A stretch of DNA of 64,000 nt from Haliotis cracherodii (GCF_022045235.1 NW_027266297.1:53258001-53322000); one strand, 5' to 3'. Positions 23,470 through 36,453 are shown, counted from the stretch's first letter. Notes: generated by a model not told the origin, from the letters alone. Numbers and translations: made by a program.

Positions 23470-25556
23470 ATGAGGGGTCAATGTTGCATTCACGTACTTG
23501 GTGTGGTAAGTTAGGTATTTGTTTCTAATCTATACGATAGATATACATGTAAGTTTGTTGTCTGTACGTGTTTTTTTATAATGCTGCACTCGGCAATATT
23601 CCAGTTTTGTGACGGCGGTCTAAATAGTCGAATCTGGATCAGACAATCCAGTAAGCATGAATCTACGCAATTAGCTAGGACACGATGATATTCATCAACC
23701 ATGTCACCGAGTCACCCGATGTTTACTGAGGCAACAATTAAGTGGAGGTCGGATGACAATCGCGCATGTTTGCTGTTGTTTTTTCACTCTCGCAATGTTT
23801 TACTCTGCCATTCATCATGCTCTTACGTTTTTACTACTTTTGATGAAACAAATTATAATATACCTGATATGATGGGTTTTGCAGAGTGTAATGGTGGGAC
23901 TGGGATCTCTGTTGATACAAGGAAGTGAGTATTACATACTTATTATTGTCACTCATTGTATTCATTACGATCATGAATCACTGTAAAGCTTTCATTAACA
24001 CTCCTATGTGTATCACTGCTATATGATATTCAAAGAGTTCATTAAAGCTCCTAAATAACGACTATTAATGTCATGAAAACTATGTATGTTTCATAAATAA
24101 GTAAATGCTGTCGTTACAGGTGAGGTCTGCAACGAGAGATGTTCCTATTGTGTGGGGACGAAGTGTCGGGAATGCCTCTACGGCTGGTATGGACGCGATT
24201 GTAATGTAAAATGTAGTGAGTTTTGCTGGCATGGTGGTTGTGAGAGGATAACAGGACGGTGTCACCAGTGTGTTCCTGGGAGACACTCAAGCTACTGCAC
24301 CAAACTCTGCCCACAACACTGCAGGGAGAATAGCAAGGGTCGGGTCAACTGTGACCTATCAACTGGAAACTGTTTGGAGGACTGCGTAGAAGGAAGATGG
24401 GGTCCACGATGCCAGCACAGATGTCACGCAAACTGTAAAGATGAACTTTGCTACAAAGAAGATGGAGGGTGTCTGAAAGGCTGCCTTGATGGACTGTATG
24501 GCGTCAAATGTAAAAAGCAATGTTCAGAAGGTTGTTTGAGCAGCACGTGTGAATGGTTGACTGGTAAATGTAACCAAGGATGTAAGGTTGGTTTCCTTGG
24601 CTCCACGTGTTCGTACCCCATGACTAGACACTGTCTTAACCAGGCTTACTATGCAGAGCATCATACCATGGCGTGTACCGATGGATGTGAAGATGGTTAC
24701 ACTTCAGCAAGTTGCAACGAAACATGTAATACCAGATGTCTAAAATGTCATCAGTATTCACAGACATGTCAGTTATGTATGTCTGGATTTTATGGAGACA
24801 AATGCCAACTCGAATGCCATACGAACTGTCAGGAATTGAACTGTGACATGTCTGGTCGATGTGACAGAGGGTGTAAACGAGGTTTCCGTGGTGGATATTG
24901 TAATGAAACCTGCCCCTACAACTGTTTGGCATGTAGTCAGCATTACAAGACTTGTACTGAGTGTAAAGTAGGGTATACTGGAGCTACGTGTACAGAGGTG
25001 GAGTCATACAACGAGTTAGACGTCACAGGTAATGATGCTACATATCTATTCTAAAATACATTGGTAACAAACCTTGGTGAATGACGGCAAAGCTAAATTT
25101 GATTGATAACAATATTGTTAACTGAAAGAAGCGGAATTAGCGTCGATGTGCACAGATGGTGTTAATACATTTGACGTGATACCGTTGACTACCACAATAA
25201 ATACGGATTAACGAATCTTTGTCTCAGAGTATATCCTCTGTATACATTTAGATTTCCCCAATAGAAGCGTGTCTGGACAATCGGGGTCCGGCATAATGAG
25301 GTTTACTGTGTAATGCTCTTTCTTAACAGTTTAGTATTACTATGTAACCCATTAAATGTTCAAGAGTAGTTACATGTTCTTGATAGTTCTTAGATTATAT
25401 AAAAATCAAATATAGCTATGCTCAACACTTATAACGTTTGTTTAAGTCAAAGTGTCTTGCCTTGTTTCAGATACGGTGTCACACAGCAAGGCCTGCATCT
25501 GGTTAACACTAATAATGTGCACTGTAACGTATCAGTTGTCCTCGTGCATAACGTGA
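23470..25556 (+). CDS. R4: EGF-repeat protein with GPI-signal-like C-terminus (356 aa)
   Basis: Exons 23470-23505 (MRGQCCIHVLGV), 23885-23924 (SVMVGLGSLLIQG), 24120-25028 (EGF array) and 25471-25556 (DTVSHSKACIWLTLIMCTVTYQLSSCIT*). Total 1071 nt in frame; AATAAA near 25788. Confidence 0.88.
23560..23720 (-). mobile_element. SINE-like family C, degenerate, in an R4 intron
   Basis: gcactcggcaatattccag...ggcggtct...tctggatcagacaatccag. Confidence 0.7.
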
Positions 25557-25834
25557 AAGAACATTGGAACACGATCTTAGATGTTATATCAATCTTTGTG
25601 GACTCATCATCTTATGTGACGTTGGCAGGTCTTTTTGTTTACCAACTGGATGTCTTGTTTCTCGTTTTTAGTGGCAACGCTTTTCAATTTTCAATGACAT
25701 CCTCTGTTGAGTGACCACTAAATGGTAAAATGATATAACAGAATGAAATCGGACAACATGCTGCACACGCATTTATTACCACATTCCAATAAAATAGTTT
25801 CCACTTAACTGAAGTGTGTTGTTCCTTTGTTTCC

Positions 25835-27360
25835 TTCACCGCCTACGTACACTCAACTTCACCGCCTCCGTACACTCAACTTCACCGCCTCCGTACACTC
25901 AACTTCACCGCCTCCGTACACTCAACTTCACCGCCTCCGTACACTCAACTTCACCGCCTACGTACACTCAACTGCACCGCCTACGTACACTCAACTTCAC
26001 CGCCTCCGTACACTCAACTTCACCGCCTACGTACACTCAACTTCACCGCCTACGTACACTCAACTTCACCGCCTCCGTACACTCAACTTCACCGCCTACG
26101 TACACTCAACTTCACCGCCTACGTACACTCAACTTCACCGCCTACGTACACTCAACTTCACCGCCTCCGTACACTCAACTTCACCGCCTACGTACACTCA
26201 ACTTCACCGCCTACGTACACTCAACTTCACCGCCTACGTACACTCAACTTCACCGCCTACGTACACTCAACTTCACCGCCTACGTACACTCAACTTCACC
26301 GCCTACGTACACTCAACTTCACCGCCTCCGTACACTCAACTTCACCGCCTCCGTACACTCAACTTCACCGCCTACGTACACTCAACTTCACCGCCTCCGT
26401 ACACTCAACTTCACCGCCTCCGTACACTCAACTTCACCGCCTCCGTACACTCAACTTCACCGCCTACGTACACTCAACTTCACCGCCTCCGTACACTCAA
26501 CTTCACCGCCTCCGTACACTCAACTTCACCGCCTACGTACACTCAACTTCACCGCCTACGTACACTCAACTGCACCGCCTACGTACACTCAACTTCACCG
26601 CCTACGTACACTCAACTTCACCGCCTCCGTACACTCAACTTCACCGCCTCCGTACACTCAACTTCACCGCCTACGTACACTCAACTTCACCGCCTACGTA
26701 CACTCATCTTCACCGCCTCCGTACACTCAACTTCACCGCCTCCGTACACTCAACTTCACCGCCTCCGTACACTCAACTTCACCGCCTACGTACACTCAAC
26801 ATCACCGCCTCCGTACACTCAACTTCACCGCCTACGTACACTCAACTTCACCGCCTACGTACACTCAACTTCACCGCCTACGTACACTCAACTTCACCGC
26901 CTCCGTACACTCAACTTCACCGCCTACGTACACTCAACTTCACCGCCTCCGTACACTCAACTTCACCGCCTACGTACACTCAACTTCACCGCCTCCGTAC
27001 ACTCAACTTCACCGCCTACGTACACTCAACTTCACCGCCTACGTACACTCAACTTCACCGCCTACGTACACTCAACTTCACCGCCTACGTACACTCAGCT
27101 TCACCGCCTACGTACACTCAGCTTCACCGCCTACGTACACTCAGCTTCACCGCCTACGTACACTCAACTGCACCGCCTACGTACACTCAACTGCACCGCC
27201 TACGTACACTCAACTGCACCGCCTACGTACACTCAACTTCACCGCCTACGTACACTCAACTGCACCGCCTACGTACACTCAACTGCACCGCCTACGTACA
27301 CTCAACTTCACCGCCTACGTACACTCAACTTCACCGCCTACGTACACTCAACTTCACCGC
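25835..27360. repeat. 23-bp minisatellite, about 66 copies
   Basis: Unit CTTCACCGCCT(A/C)CGTACACTCAA; it accounts for the three overlapping ~525-aa ORFs. Confidence 0.97.
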
Positions 27361-27545
27361 ATTATTTTGCTCCGGCAAGAGTTCTCCATGAAGTAACTTG
27401 ATGGTGGCGTGACGGACAGGGAGAAACAATGAACCATTTATCACATTCTACTGCCTTCCTTCTATTCTTGATCAGCCATGAAGCAGTTAACATGTCAACG
27501 ATTTTGAAATGTACATAACACGTTTTAATCTTTTACTTTCATATG

Positions 27546-27813
27546 AGAGTGAGTGAGTGAGTTGGGGTTAACGCCTCTTTTAACATTATTCCAGTGTCAG
27601 GTTAATGTTTGAGGAAAGCCCGAAGTGATGCAGGTCTCAGACGTTTACCACTTCGGTGAAACCCACGACCACGGGTATGGTGCTGACAAACCTAGAAACA
27701 AAATCGGCGCGAACCGGGATTCGAACCCAGAATCATAGGTTTCTGGCGTGACAAAGGAAAGCAACTCTGCACAGCGAATCGTGGCGTCTTAGACGACTGG
27801 GACACCCGGGGAC
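27546..27813 (-). mobile_element. tRNA-derived SINE family A
   Basis: Near full length, with B box GGTTCGAATCC on the minus strand and (ACTC)n tail. Confidence 0.88.
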
Positions 27814-28291
27814 CCTTCATATCAGAAATTGTACTGAAAATAGAAGTATATAATTACATGTATGCATATTGTGTATGTTTCACTAGTTGAGTTAGGGCTG
27901 TATGTGTTGGGCTGAAATAATGCGCATGCAATAACTCCCCGATATCTAAGGGCTGATTGAGTAAACATCGATGATGTATGTCGAACCGCATGGTGCATAA
28001 GTGTATCTCATGTTACATTAGATCCAAGGTCCATTTCCATCCATATTCCACATTAATGTCTAAGTTCTCGTCACGATATGGCTGAAATATGGCCGATGTG
28101 ACGTTAATGTTTTACTCACTCACTCACTCATTAAAAGGTCTAGTTGACAGGTGTTTGATGTGTACAAATCAGGTAGATGAACCATGTCCCTATTGCATTC
28201 ATGATTACTGCTATCGTTAATGCAGATCAGACATCATATCATTGTTTTATGTGATTAACACATATACATGTTTTCATAACAAAAGTACGCG

Positions 28292-28300
28292 ACAGTTAAC

Positions 28301-28338
<38 letters not shown>

Positions 28339-28347
28339 GTTAACTGT
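28292..28347. repeat. Perfect palindrome centred on (TA)n
   Basis: ACAGTTAACAAT-(TA)n-ATTGTTAACTGT. Confidence 0.9.
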
Positions 28348-29406
28348 ATTAACTGTTAATATATATCGAAGTGTTTATTCATGACACTCAAAGTAGTGAA
28401 TACGACAATACAACATGTACAGTTGCGTCCCTTAGATGACGATATGATGATATACTGGACGGGTGAAATGAGCGTCTTTACATGTGCTAGTAGTGTGTAG
28501 GGTAGTGCAGGGGTAAAAGCCTTCGCTCTTCGCGATTCATTACATCGATACAAAGTGTGAAGTCCATTTCGGATGGTTGTCGCCTTGAAATTGCTGCAAT
28601 ATTGCTAAAAGCGGCATAAAAAAAACATATTCATTCACTCTGGAATTATGCCCCCAGGAGATAAACAAGAGCGAAGGAAGATGTGAATGCTGCATATGAA
28701 AATCGTCGCAAACTGTTAAATCCATAGAGATTGAGTAGGAAAGGTCCATACTCTTATGAAGTCACCGAAAACGAAAGTCTATTCGAATTCTGAATTGTTA
28801 AACACAAAACTCACTACTAAGTTCATTTTCTTTGGAAAGCAGATGACGATTCAGAAAGGTAGATCAGGTGCAACGGCTCTTTCATTTACAGGCCGTCGCC
28901 ATGTAAATAGAATATGGCTGAACAAAAAAAGGCGAAACATGAAACCCCACACTAGTGCAACATGTACCACGCACTCACAAACAAGTAATCTCTTTGCCTT
29001 CGATACAGGTCAATGCTGATGACACTTATCATTGAAGTTGTTGGAACGTTTCCAACATGTGCATCAGAGATATATATTGCCCTGAATATGTCAATAACAA
29101 GTGGACAAAGTTGATATGTGTGACTCACAAGACTTTAACTGTAGGACACGCTGACTCAGCTACAAGTGTACAATCTAGGTATACGCAAGTACTGTACTGT
29201 ACGTGTGGTCTATATTTAAACATGACTTCACGACTGTGAACTGTCGCCATTCTTTCAAGGCTGGGAGCAATACATACCCCTGCTTGGTTGACAATGTGAT
29301 ACTTTTGCCACGAATCAAACTTATAGAGTCTTTATTCCATCCATTTCAAGGTCGATGTTGTCCTGGATATATCTGTCTTACGAGCTTATTGTGCTTTTCA
29401 GATGCC

Positions 29407-31160
29407 ATGACGCTGCAACCCTGGCTTGTTGTCACAGTGGTAAGATCAACAAGTTATTGCTTTTCCATGAATGTTTCATATCGACAATGACACTCCAGTT
29501 AACCAACTCTGTTTACCTAATGCGTGTATGATTCTGATATATAATTCATATGCAAATGTTGAAAAACTAAAATGTGTCTTATGTTTGTAAAATAATATAA
29601 ATTTATACATTTTACATTTTAGTGTTTCAGTTCAGTGTTCGGATTTTCTTTGGTACATGGAAGTAAGTATATCTTCATTGTAATGTTTAAATAGCTCCAA
29701 CAAGTTATAGCTGTATATCATAGTAACAACACGTTTCTCTTTCGTAATAATATACTTGTATTAAATATACAATATATTTAATGAAATACAGTTAAATATC
29801 CGGAATTTCTGTACTCAAATACTCGTACATAGTATACACACATGGTATCATTACAGGTGAGGTTTGCCACGAGAGATGTTCCTATTGTGTGGAGACGAAG
29901 TGTCGGGAATGCCTCTACGGCTGGTATGGACGTGATTGTAATGAAAAATGTAGTGAGTTTTGCTGGCATGGTGGATGTGAGAGGATAACAGGACGGTGTC
30001 ACCAGTGTGTTCCTGGGAGACACTCAAGCTACTGTACCCAAAACTGCTCACAACACTGCAGGGAGAATAGCAAGGGTCAGGTCAACTGTGACTTATCAAC
30101 TGGAAACTGTTTGGAGGAATGTGCTAAAGGAAGATGGGGTCCACGATGCCAGCACAGATGTCATGCAAATTGCAAAGAAGGTCTTTGCTACAAAGAAGAT
30201 GGAGGATGTTTGAAGGGCTGCCTTGATGGATGGCACGGGGTCAAATGTAATAACCGCTGTTCAGTCAGATGTCTCAACATCACGTGTCACTGGTTAACTG
30301 GTAAATGCACACATGGATGTATAAAAGGTTTTACTGGCTCAAAATGTTCCCATCTACACACAAGACACTGTGTGGACCCTGAGGCATATCACACAGACGA
30401 TCAGTCCGTGGTGTGCGAGGGAGGATGTAAGCCTGGGTGGACCTCTGCCCTCTGTGAAAACAAATGTGAGGAGAGGTGTGAGACATGTCACCAGTTTGAC
30501 AAAACCTGTCAGTTGTGTCAGCCCGGATTTTATGGAGTAGCATGTCAACTTGAATGTGGCATGAACTGTAACCAAACACACTGTGACATGTCGGGTCGGT
30601 GTGACAAAGGGTGTATGAGCGGTTTCCATGGTGTGTATTGCAATGAAACCTGTCCATTTAACTGTTTAAGGTGCAGTCAATTTCAAAACACATGTACAGT
30701 CTGTAAAGCAGAATACAAGGGCGACCAGTGTCATGAGACCACCACTCCTAAAGTTGGCCACGCTACAGGTACCTCTCGTATTGATTATCTTTCATAACTG
30801 AAATGTTTCTTCCTATCAACAGCCAAGTGGCATGCCTCACACATTTCATTTACCATCATTAACGTCATCACACCGATAAGACCAATACCGTTATGTAAAC
30901 TGTCGATGTAATATGACAACAGTGATATCAGATCACAGTCACAATGTCATATCGGAAAAAGTTATCCATAAGATGTGTAAGAAATATATATAGTTCATAA
31001 TTCTTGATTATTCTTGAGAATTAAAACTTTTTACCCAAATATTTACACTGTTGCTAACTGTTGGTGTGGGCTGTCTTTTTCAGACGAGGGTGTACACAAA
31101 CAGGCGAGCATCTTGGCAGTAGTATTTCTTTATTCCGTAGCTCGTATTATTACAACCTGA
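29407..31160 (+). CDS. R5: EGF-repeat protein with GPI-signal-like C-terminus, paralog of R4 (353 aa)
   Basis: Exons 29407-29439 (MTLQPWLVVTV), 29623-29662 (CFSSVFGFSLVHG), 29857-30768 (EGF array) and 31084-31160 (DEGVHKQASILAVVFLYSVARIITT*). Total 1062 nt, with the same exon phases as R4. Confidence 0.88.
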
Positions 31161-31611
31161 CACATGTCAGCAAGTGTGTGAATTTGGAGTTCAGGATAGT
31201 ATTTCCGTCAAATTAGTCCCTACGTTTGAAACCCGGGACAGATCAAAGAAGGCTGTAAAAATGCAGCTCTCACCAGGGAACAGTAAGGAAGGCAGTTAAC
31301 AGTGTGAACCCGAAGTAATGGATATCTAAGATGGTTTAGCACTCTGGTGAAGCACACGAACATGGACATGATCAAGGGCGAGAATGAAGACAGTGCATTG
31401 TTGAGTCAGGGGTGATGGACGAAACATTTCAGGATTTGAGGTCAACGTCTCTGGATGAAGGAGGATGTCTATGTGAACATGTCTGTTTCTCTACGTGAAG
31501 TCGTGTCAAGCGAGTCTGCTTCTGGTGGTCAGTGCTTCATTAAGATTAAGTGACACTGCAGTGGTTCCAAGCGTTGTAAGTGCTTCAGGGCAAAGTATAG
31601 AGTAACTATAT

Positions 31612-31758
31612 TTGCGTCCCTTGGGCACGCCAGAAACCTATGATTTTGGGTTTCACTGAAGTGGTCAACGTCTGATATCTTCCCTCCCATATTAAGCTGA
31701 CACGCCGTGATATAACTGGAACACTGTTAAAAGCGGCGTTAAACCTAACTAACTCACT
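31612..31758 (+). mobile_element. SINE family A, internally deleted
   Basis: ttgcgtcccttgggcacgccagaaacctatg...aagctgacacgccg...aactcact. Confidence 0.75.
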
Positions 31759-31961
31759 ATTTTGTGTATGGAGATGTTGATAACAGTTGTTTCGGGCAGA
31801 ATAAAGAATTTGACTTGCATTTGTTTTCGTTATCCATTATTTGTTTATTCATGGTCATGTAGGGGATGAAGCGCACAAAATGTCTTTGAACATGTGTCAT
31901 AAGTAATTTCATGAGATCACTGACCGAAACGGGGTTTTATATGAAATTACTGAAATGTTCA

Positions 31962-31971
31962 GGGATTTCCC
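31962..31971. promoter_or_regulatory. NF-kappaB/Rel consensus match upstream of R6
   Basis: GGGATTTCCC fits GGGRNWYYCC; motif match only. Confidence 0.3.
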
Positions 31972-32139
31972 AAAATCACTAGTTCTGCTATCTTACTGTA
32001 ACATATTAATGACTAGGCGACTGTGCCATCCGTGTCTTTCAACCAGAAATGCACGAGAGCTGATATTTAGTTGACGCACAAATGATCGGGATATTATCCA
32101 GTCATTTAATGAGATAAAGAACTAAGAATGAGGTCGCCT

Positions 32140-32356
32140 TATGTCGTTGTTAAATGTGCTCAAATTTAAATATATTGATGTCTCTTAGATATCTTATGCG
32201 ATCATGTAACACGAATATATATATATATATATATATATATACATGCGAATTAAACATTTCGTCTAAAATGATCGCATAAAATATCTGTTAATATCAATAA
32301 AGTGTTCATTTCCGAATTTCCACTAAATTATATTTACTTACGCATCTGCGACATAC
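32140..32356. mobile_element. Inverted-repeat (MITE-like) element with central (TA)n
   Basis: Arms attgat...agatatcttatgcgatcat and atgatcgcataaaatatct...atcaat. Confidence 0.55.
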
Positions 32357-32659
32357 ATGTAAACATAATGTGCAAAAGCGTATTTTATCAAGTTTTGAAT
32401 TATTTACACGCCTTATTTACACATGTTTCGTTACTTGTTGGATTGACGGACGGGTAAAAACGATTACACCAAACTCAACACGTAATACAGGAAGACAAAA
32501 GTCATTAACAATGTTTACAACATCCTCTTCGCCATTTCGCAACCTAGCGACATGGCATGTATCACACATGAAGTAGCTTAGAAATGGGAAAAGCAATGCA
32601 ACTGCTGAACCCTTCCGGGTCCCGTTGATGGTTGTCACAATGCACGCCATTTACACATC

Positions 32660-33000
32660 AGACGGTTGGTGGGTTATCCCCGGCCGCTTCATACCAAGAA
32701 TACGTTAAAATATGGTACTAGTCGTTACCCTGCCCGGCGCTTGATATGAAGGGAATAAAACAAGGACTGTATCGGCCCGAATTCAGTATACTGTATCTGA
32801 GTTGGGTAGCCATGTTACACGGCAGCATGGTTTTCAACCGGCATTTGTCCGGACCAGTACAAGCATCCAAACGCACACTCATACACGCAAACGCACACTC
32901 ACATTCACATTCAAAGCACACACACGCACACGCATAAACACACACAGACGTGGTATATAAGTGCAAGGAACTTCAAGTTCAATTCACCTCACTTCACCTG
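32660..33000 (+). mobile_element. SINE family D copy
   Basis: cataccaagaatacgttaaaatatggtactag...cccggcgctt...aacaaggact...gtccggac...tacaagca followed by a CA run, as in 19925-20250. Confidence 0.7.
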
Positions 33001-33554
33001 TTACACATTTGTAATAACAAAAGAGGCTGTATTTACAGTAATTTACATCTTACGGGTTATATATTTGGGGGGGGGGGGGGGGGGGGTAATGTTTCAATTT
33101 TCTTTTCAAATATGTAATATTACACGTTATATTCGTGTGAATTAATTAACTCTGCCTTGTAGTCTTGATTACACAATGTCTACATTCATTGACACTACGT
33201 GAAACAATCAATCCCCCACAATAATATTTCCGTCTTCCTCACAAAAGGTTCCACTTTGCAGCGCTAAGGCAGCTTTTCGGGTAAGAGCAATAAACGCTAT
33301 TGTCGTATCGTGAGCGTAGTTAATGCTTTCCCGACAATACATTTTTTTAAAATAACTATAAACGGAAACATGATTTATGAATTTCAATTAGAATTTATCT
33401 TTCAGGTCACACCAACTGCTACGACCTTACACCGGAAGAATTTCACCGTTGACTGTGGTCGGAGGTTAAAGTACAGATGTTTTGTTCATTGTCCATATCT
33501 GTCATTTACAGTTACATTTTGTAGCTGGAAAGGTCCATCGCACCTTCACGAAAA

Positions 33555-36287
33555 ATGTTTATCAATGCATTTACTTGTTTAACACTCTTCATCTGTGGAT
33601 TTATCAATGGTAAGTAACAGGGTTGCAACAGTTTTATGATTTTTTTTGTTGAAGTTTATAAATGATCAGAAAGTTAAACTGAAAGTAACTCATATCACGA
33701 TCACAAAACGCACATTGTTTCTTGAGTATTTACTTGTATGCATATTCATTCCCGGTGACAATCAAAATATACAAATGTGAGTTACTTAGTAACTGAAAGC
33801 AATATTGTCTTGAATTTGTATGATTGTACAGGCTGTACAGGGGGCTGCAAAGATGGCTTCTACGGGCCCCAGTGTAGATATCGCTGCAATGGCAATTGTC
33901 GGAACAACCGCTGTAATACCTCTGCTTTTGGTGCAGCATCTTGCACAGATGGATGTAAAGACGGCTTCTGGGGTAACAGGTGTATCAGTAGATGTCCCCA
34001 CTTTTGTAAGCGATGCCATAATGACACTTCGTGCAGTGAATGTGATGGCTTCCATTTCGGACCAAACTGTACTACAAACTGCAGAGGAACATGTTCAGTG
34101 TCAGGTTGTAACAGTGACGGGACATGCAGGCAGGACAATCACACGGCTGATCCATGTGGCTCCAACTGCCTCCAGTGTAACGCCTCGACCGGCAGCTGCA
34201 ACCGCTGTAAAATAACTTACGCAGGAGTGAAATGTGAGGTCTATTGTGGAAACTGTAACGGAACTTGTTCAGTTGATGGCTGTATGGAAGGATGCTCGTC
34301 GGGATATCGGGGACCGTATTGTGAAGATGCATGTAGCAAATGGTGTTACGAAAATGTCTGTGATCAAGAGACCGGGAGTTGTTCAAAAGGGTGTCGTGGT
34401 GGATATACAGGGGACGTTTGTTCCAAAATATGCCCACATCACTGTCTACGGAACATCTGTCATCAACATTCAGGAAAATGCAAACACGGCTGTCAGAATG
34501 GATATTTCGGACCTTTGTGTAAATCTGTTTGTGAAAACTGTTTTGATGACGCCTGCAGCCGCAGCAACGGCCGGTGTGAGTACGGCTGTGTGGACGGCAA
34601 CTATGGGTTGGACTGTAACCAGGTGTGCAGTGAGCTGTGCAAGTCTGGAAGATGCCAGAGGGAAGATGGTGCGTGTTTAAAGGGAACGAGCGGAAGTAAG
34701 TTGTTTAATGTCACATCTATGTATCATGCGAAGTTTAGAAATGTTGGTCGCGGATAGCAAATGGATGGGTGACCATGTTCGACAGCGTTATTCCTGATAT
34801 TTTCTTAGGCTCCGATACTGCCTACCCTTATGCTAAACACTTTGTTCAAAATATGCCTTTGTTCACCCAGGATTAAATGGGCCAACTGAGAATGAAAACC
34901 GAGTGCACACTGGTTTATAGACATGGTTATAAGTGACATAAACATTCACTTGGTGAAACCTGGCGCATTGTATAAGGACTTCTTTTTCCTCTTCCTTTCC
35001 TCCATCTTAGTACATACATGTTGTCTTACTCCGTATTAATTATTGTGATACAATAACAGTAACTGTTGTATTATTAGTAAATACAAAAGATGTAATATGG
35101 AATTATCCAGGTTCAAGTTTGACATGTAGCTTTAAACAACGAATTTGAATAATTTTTCACAATACGCTTCTTTCGTTTGCAGAATCTACCCCAAAACCAT
35201 CCTTAGATGCAACAGTCAGTGCAAATGTGTATTTGATCCTTGCGTCAGTGGGAGTATTCTTGCTCTGTGTTGTTGCAGCAGGAATACTGATGATCAGGTA
35301 CATATGATAATGGTCCCGTGAAGATCTGGATTAGAATTGGTCTTCAGCAACCCATGCTTGTCGTAAGAGGTGATTAACGGGATCGGGTGGTCAGTCTCGC
35401 TGACTTGGTCAATGCATGTCATCGTATCCCAACTGCGTAGATCGATGCTCATGATGTCAATCACTGGATTGTCTGGTCCAGACTCGATTATTTACAGACC
35501 ACTGTCATATGGCTGGAGCAATGCTGAGCGCGCCGTTAAGCAACAAACAAACAAACAAAAGAAAACATATGACAATGAAGACAAATGATAGCAAGTGGAA
35601 AACACAAAGAGACTATGGCCCTTATGTAGAATGTCTCTTGATGATGAATTCCACTTTTCTATCACCGAAAACATGCAGTGATTTGCGAAATAATATTAAC
35701 CATTGATATATATGAAACTTATTCACAATATAAACTTAATTATAACAGTGGCTCTCTCTATTGTAACAATTAATTGTTGTGTCAAGTCAGTGGTGACCTT
35801 CACTAAACACCACTGTTATTCCTATTGCCACAGGTTCTGCCGGTCTCCCTGTCTTAACAGCCTGAACAGGAACAATCCTCCACCGTCAGGTCGATCACTA
35901 CCAGACCCGCCCCCACTACAGACCAGCAAGAACATGTACAGTGTTATATACGAAGACCAAATGGACCCGAGTGCCCAATCTCTAAGAAGCAACACCCTAA
36001 CTCCACCTTCGAGAACCCCTGGCCTCGATAGGCCAAACAGTTTGCCCCTGTCCAAAGACGATCCAGAAGAGGATGTGTTCTCAACCTCAGGTGAGGTGCT
36101 ACAAATGCGATCGCTTTGTGATACAACGCCATCAGAAGAACCTGAACTACACAGCCTGTGTGCCTCTCCTGACCCCGACGGTTCAACTTACGAGAGTCTC
36201 TCAAGTAGTGCACCGGGACACAAACAGACAACTGTTCCTCGTCCCTACATCACTCCAGTCACTGATGATCAACCCGAACAATCATAA
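33555..36287 (+). CDS. R6: type I EGF-repeat receptor with Pro-rich, ITIM-like tail (about 495 aa)
   Basis: Exons 33555-33609 (MFINAFTCLTLFICGFING), 33832-34695 (EGF array; an alternative in-frame acceptor lies 9 nt downstream), 35183-35297 (TM VYLILASVGVFLLCVVAAGILMIR) and 35834-36287 (RSLPDPP, MYSVI, STYESL, PYITPV). Total 1488 nt. Confidence 0.9.
35313..35560 (+). mobile_element. SINE-like family C in an R6 intron
   Basis: gtcccgtgaagatc...cttcagcaacccatgcttg...gcgccgttaagcaacaaacaaacaaac. Confidence 0.85.
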
Positions 36288-36453
36288 TGAGTGAGTGTGT
36301 TTGGTTTTACGCCGCTTTTAGCAATATTCCAGCAATAACACGGCGGGGGACACCAGAAATTGGCTTCGCACATTGAACCCATGTCGGGAATCGAACCCGG
36401 GTTTTCGGCATGACGAGCTAACGCTGTACCCACTAGGCTACCCAACCGCGCCC
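36288..36453 (-). mobile_element. tRNA-derived SINE family B directly after the R6 stop codon
   Basis: Minus strand GGTAGCCTAGTGG...CCCGGGTTCGATTCCCGAC (tRNA-Asp-like head) with (ACTC)n tail. Confidence 0.88.

Noticed and set aside
25814-27401. Three ~525-aa ORFs
   Set aside because: They are an artefact of a stop-free 23-bp tandem unit; all three frames give the same periodic peptide and there is no gene context.
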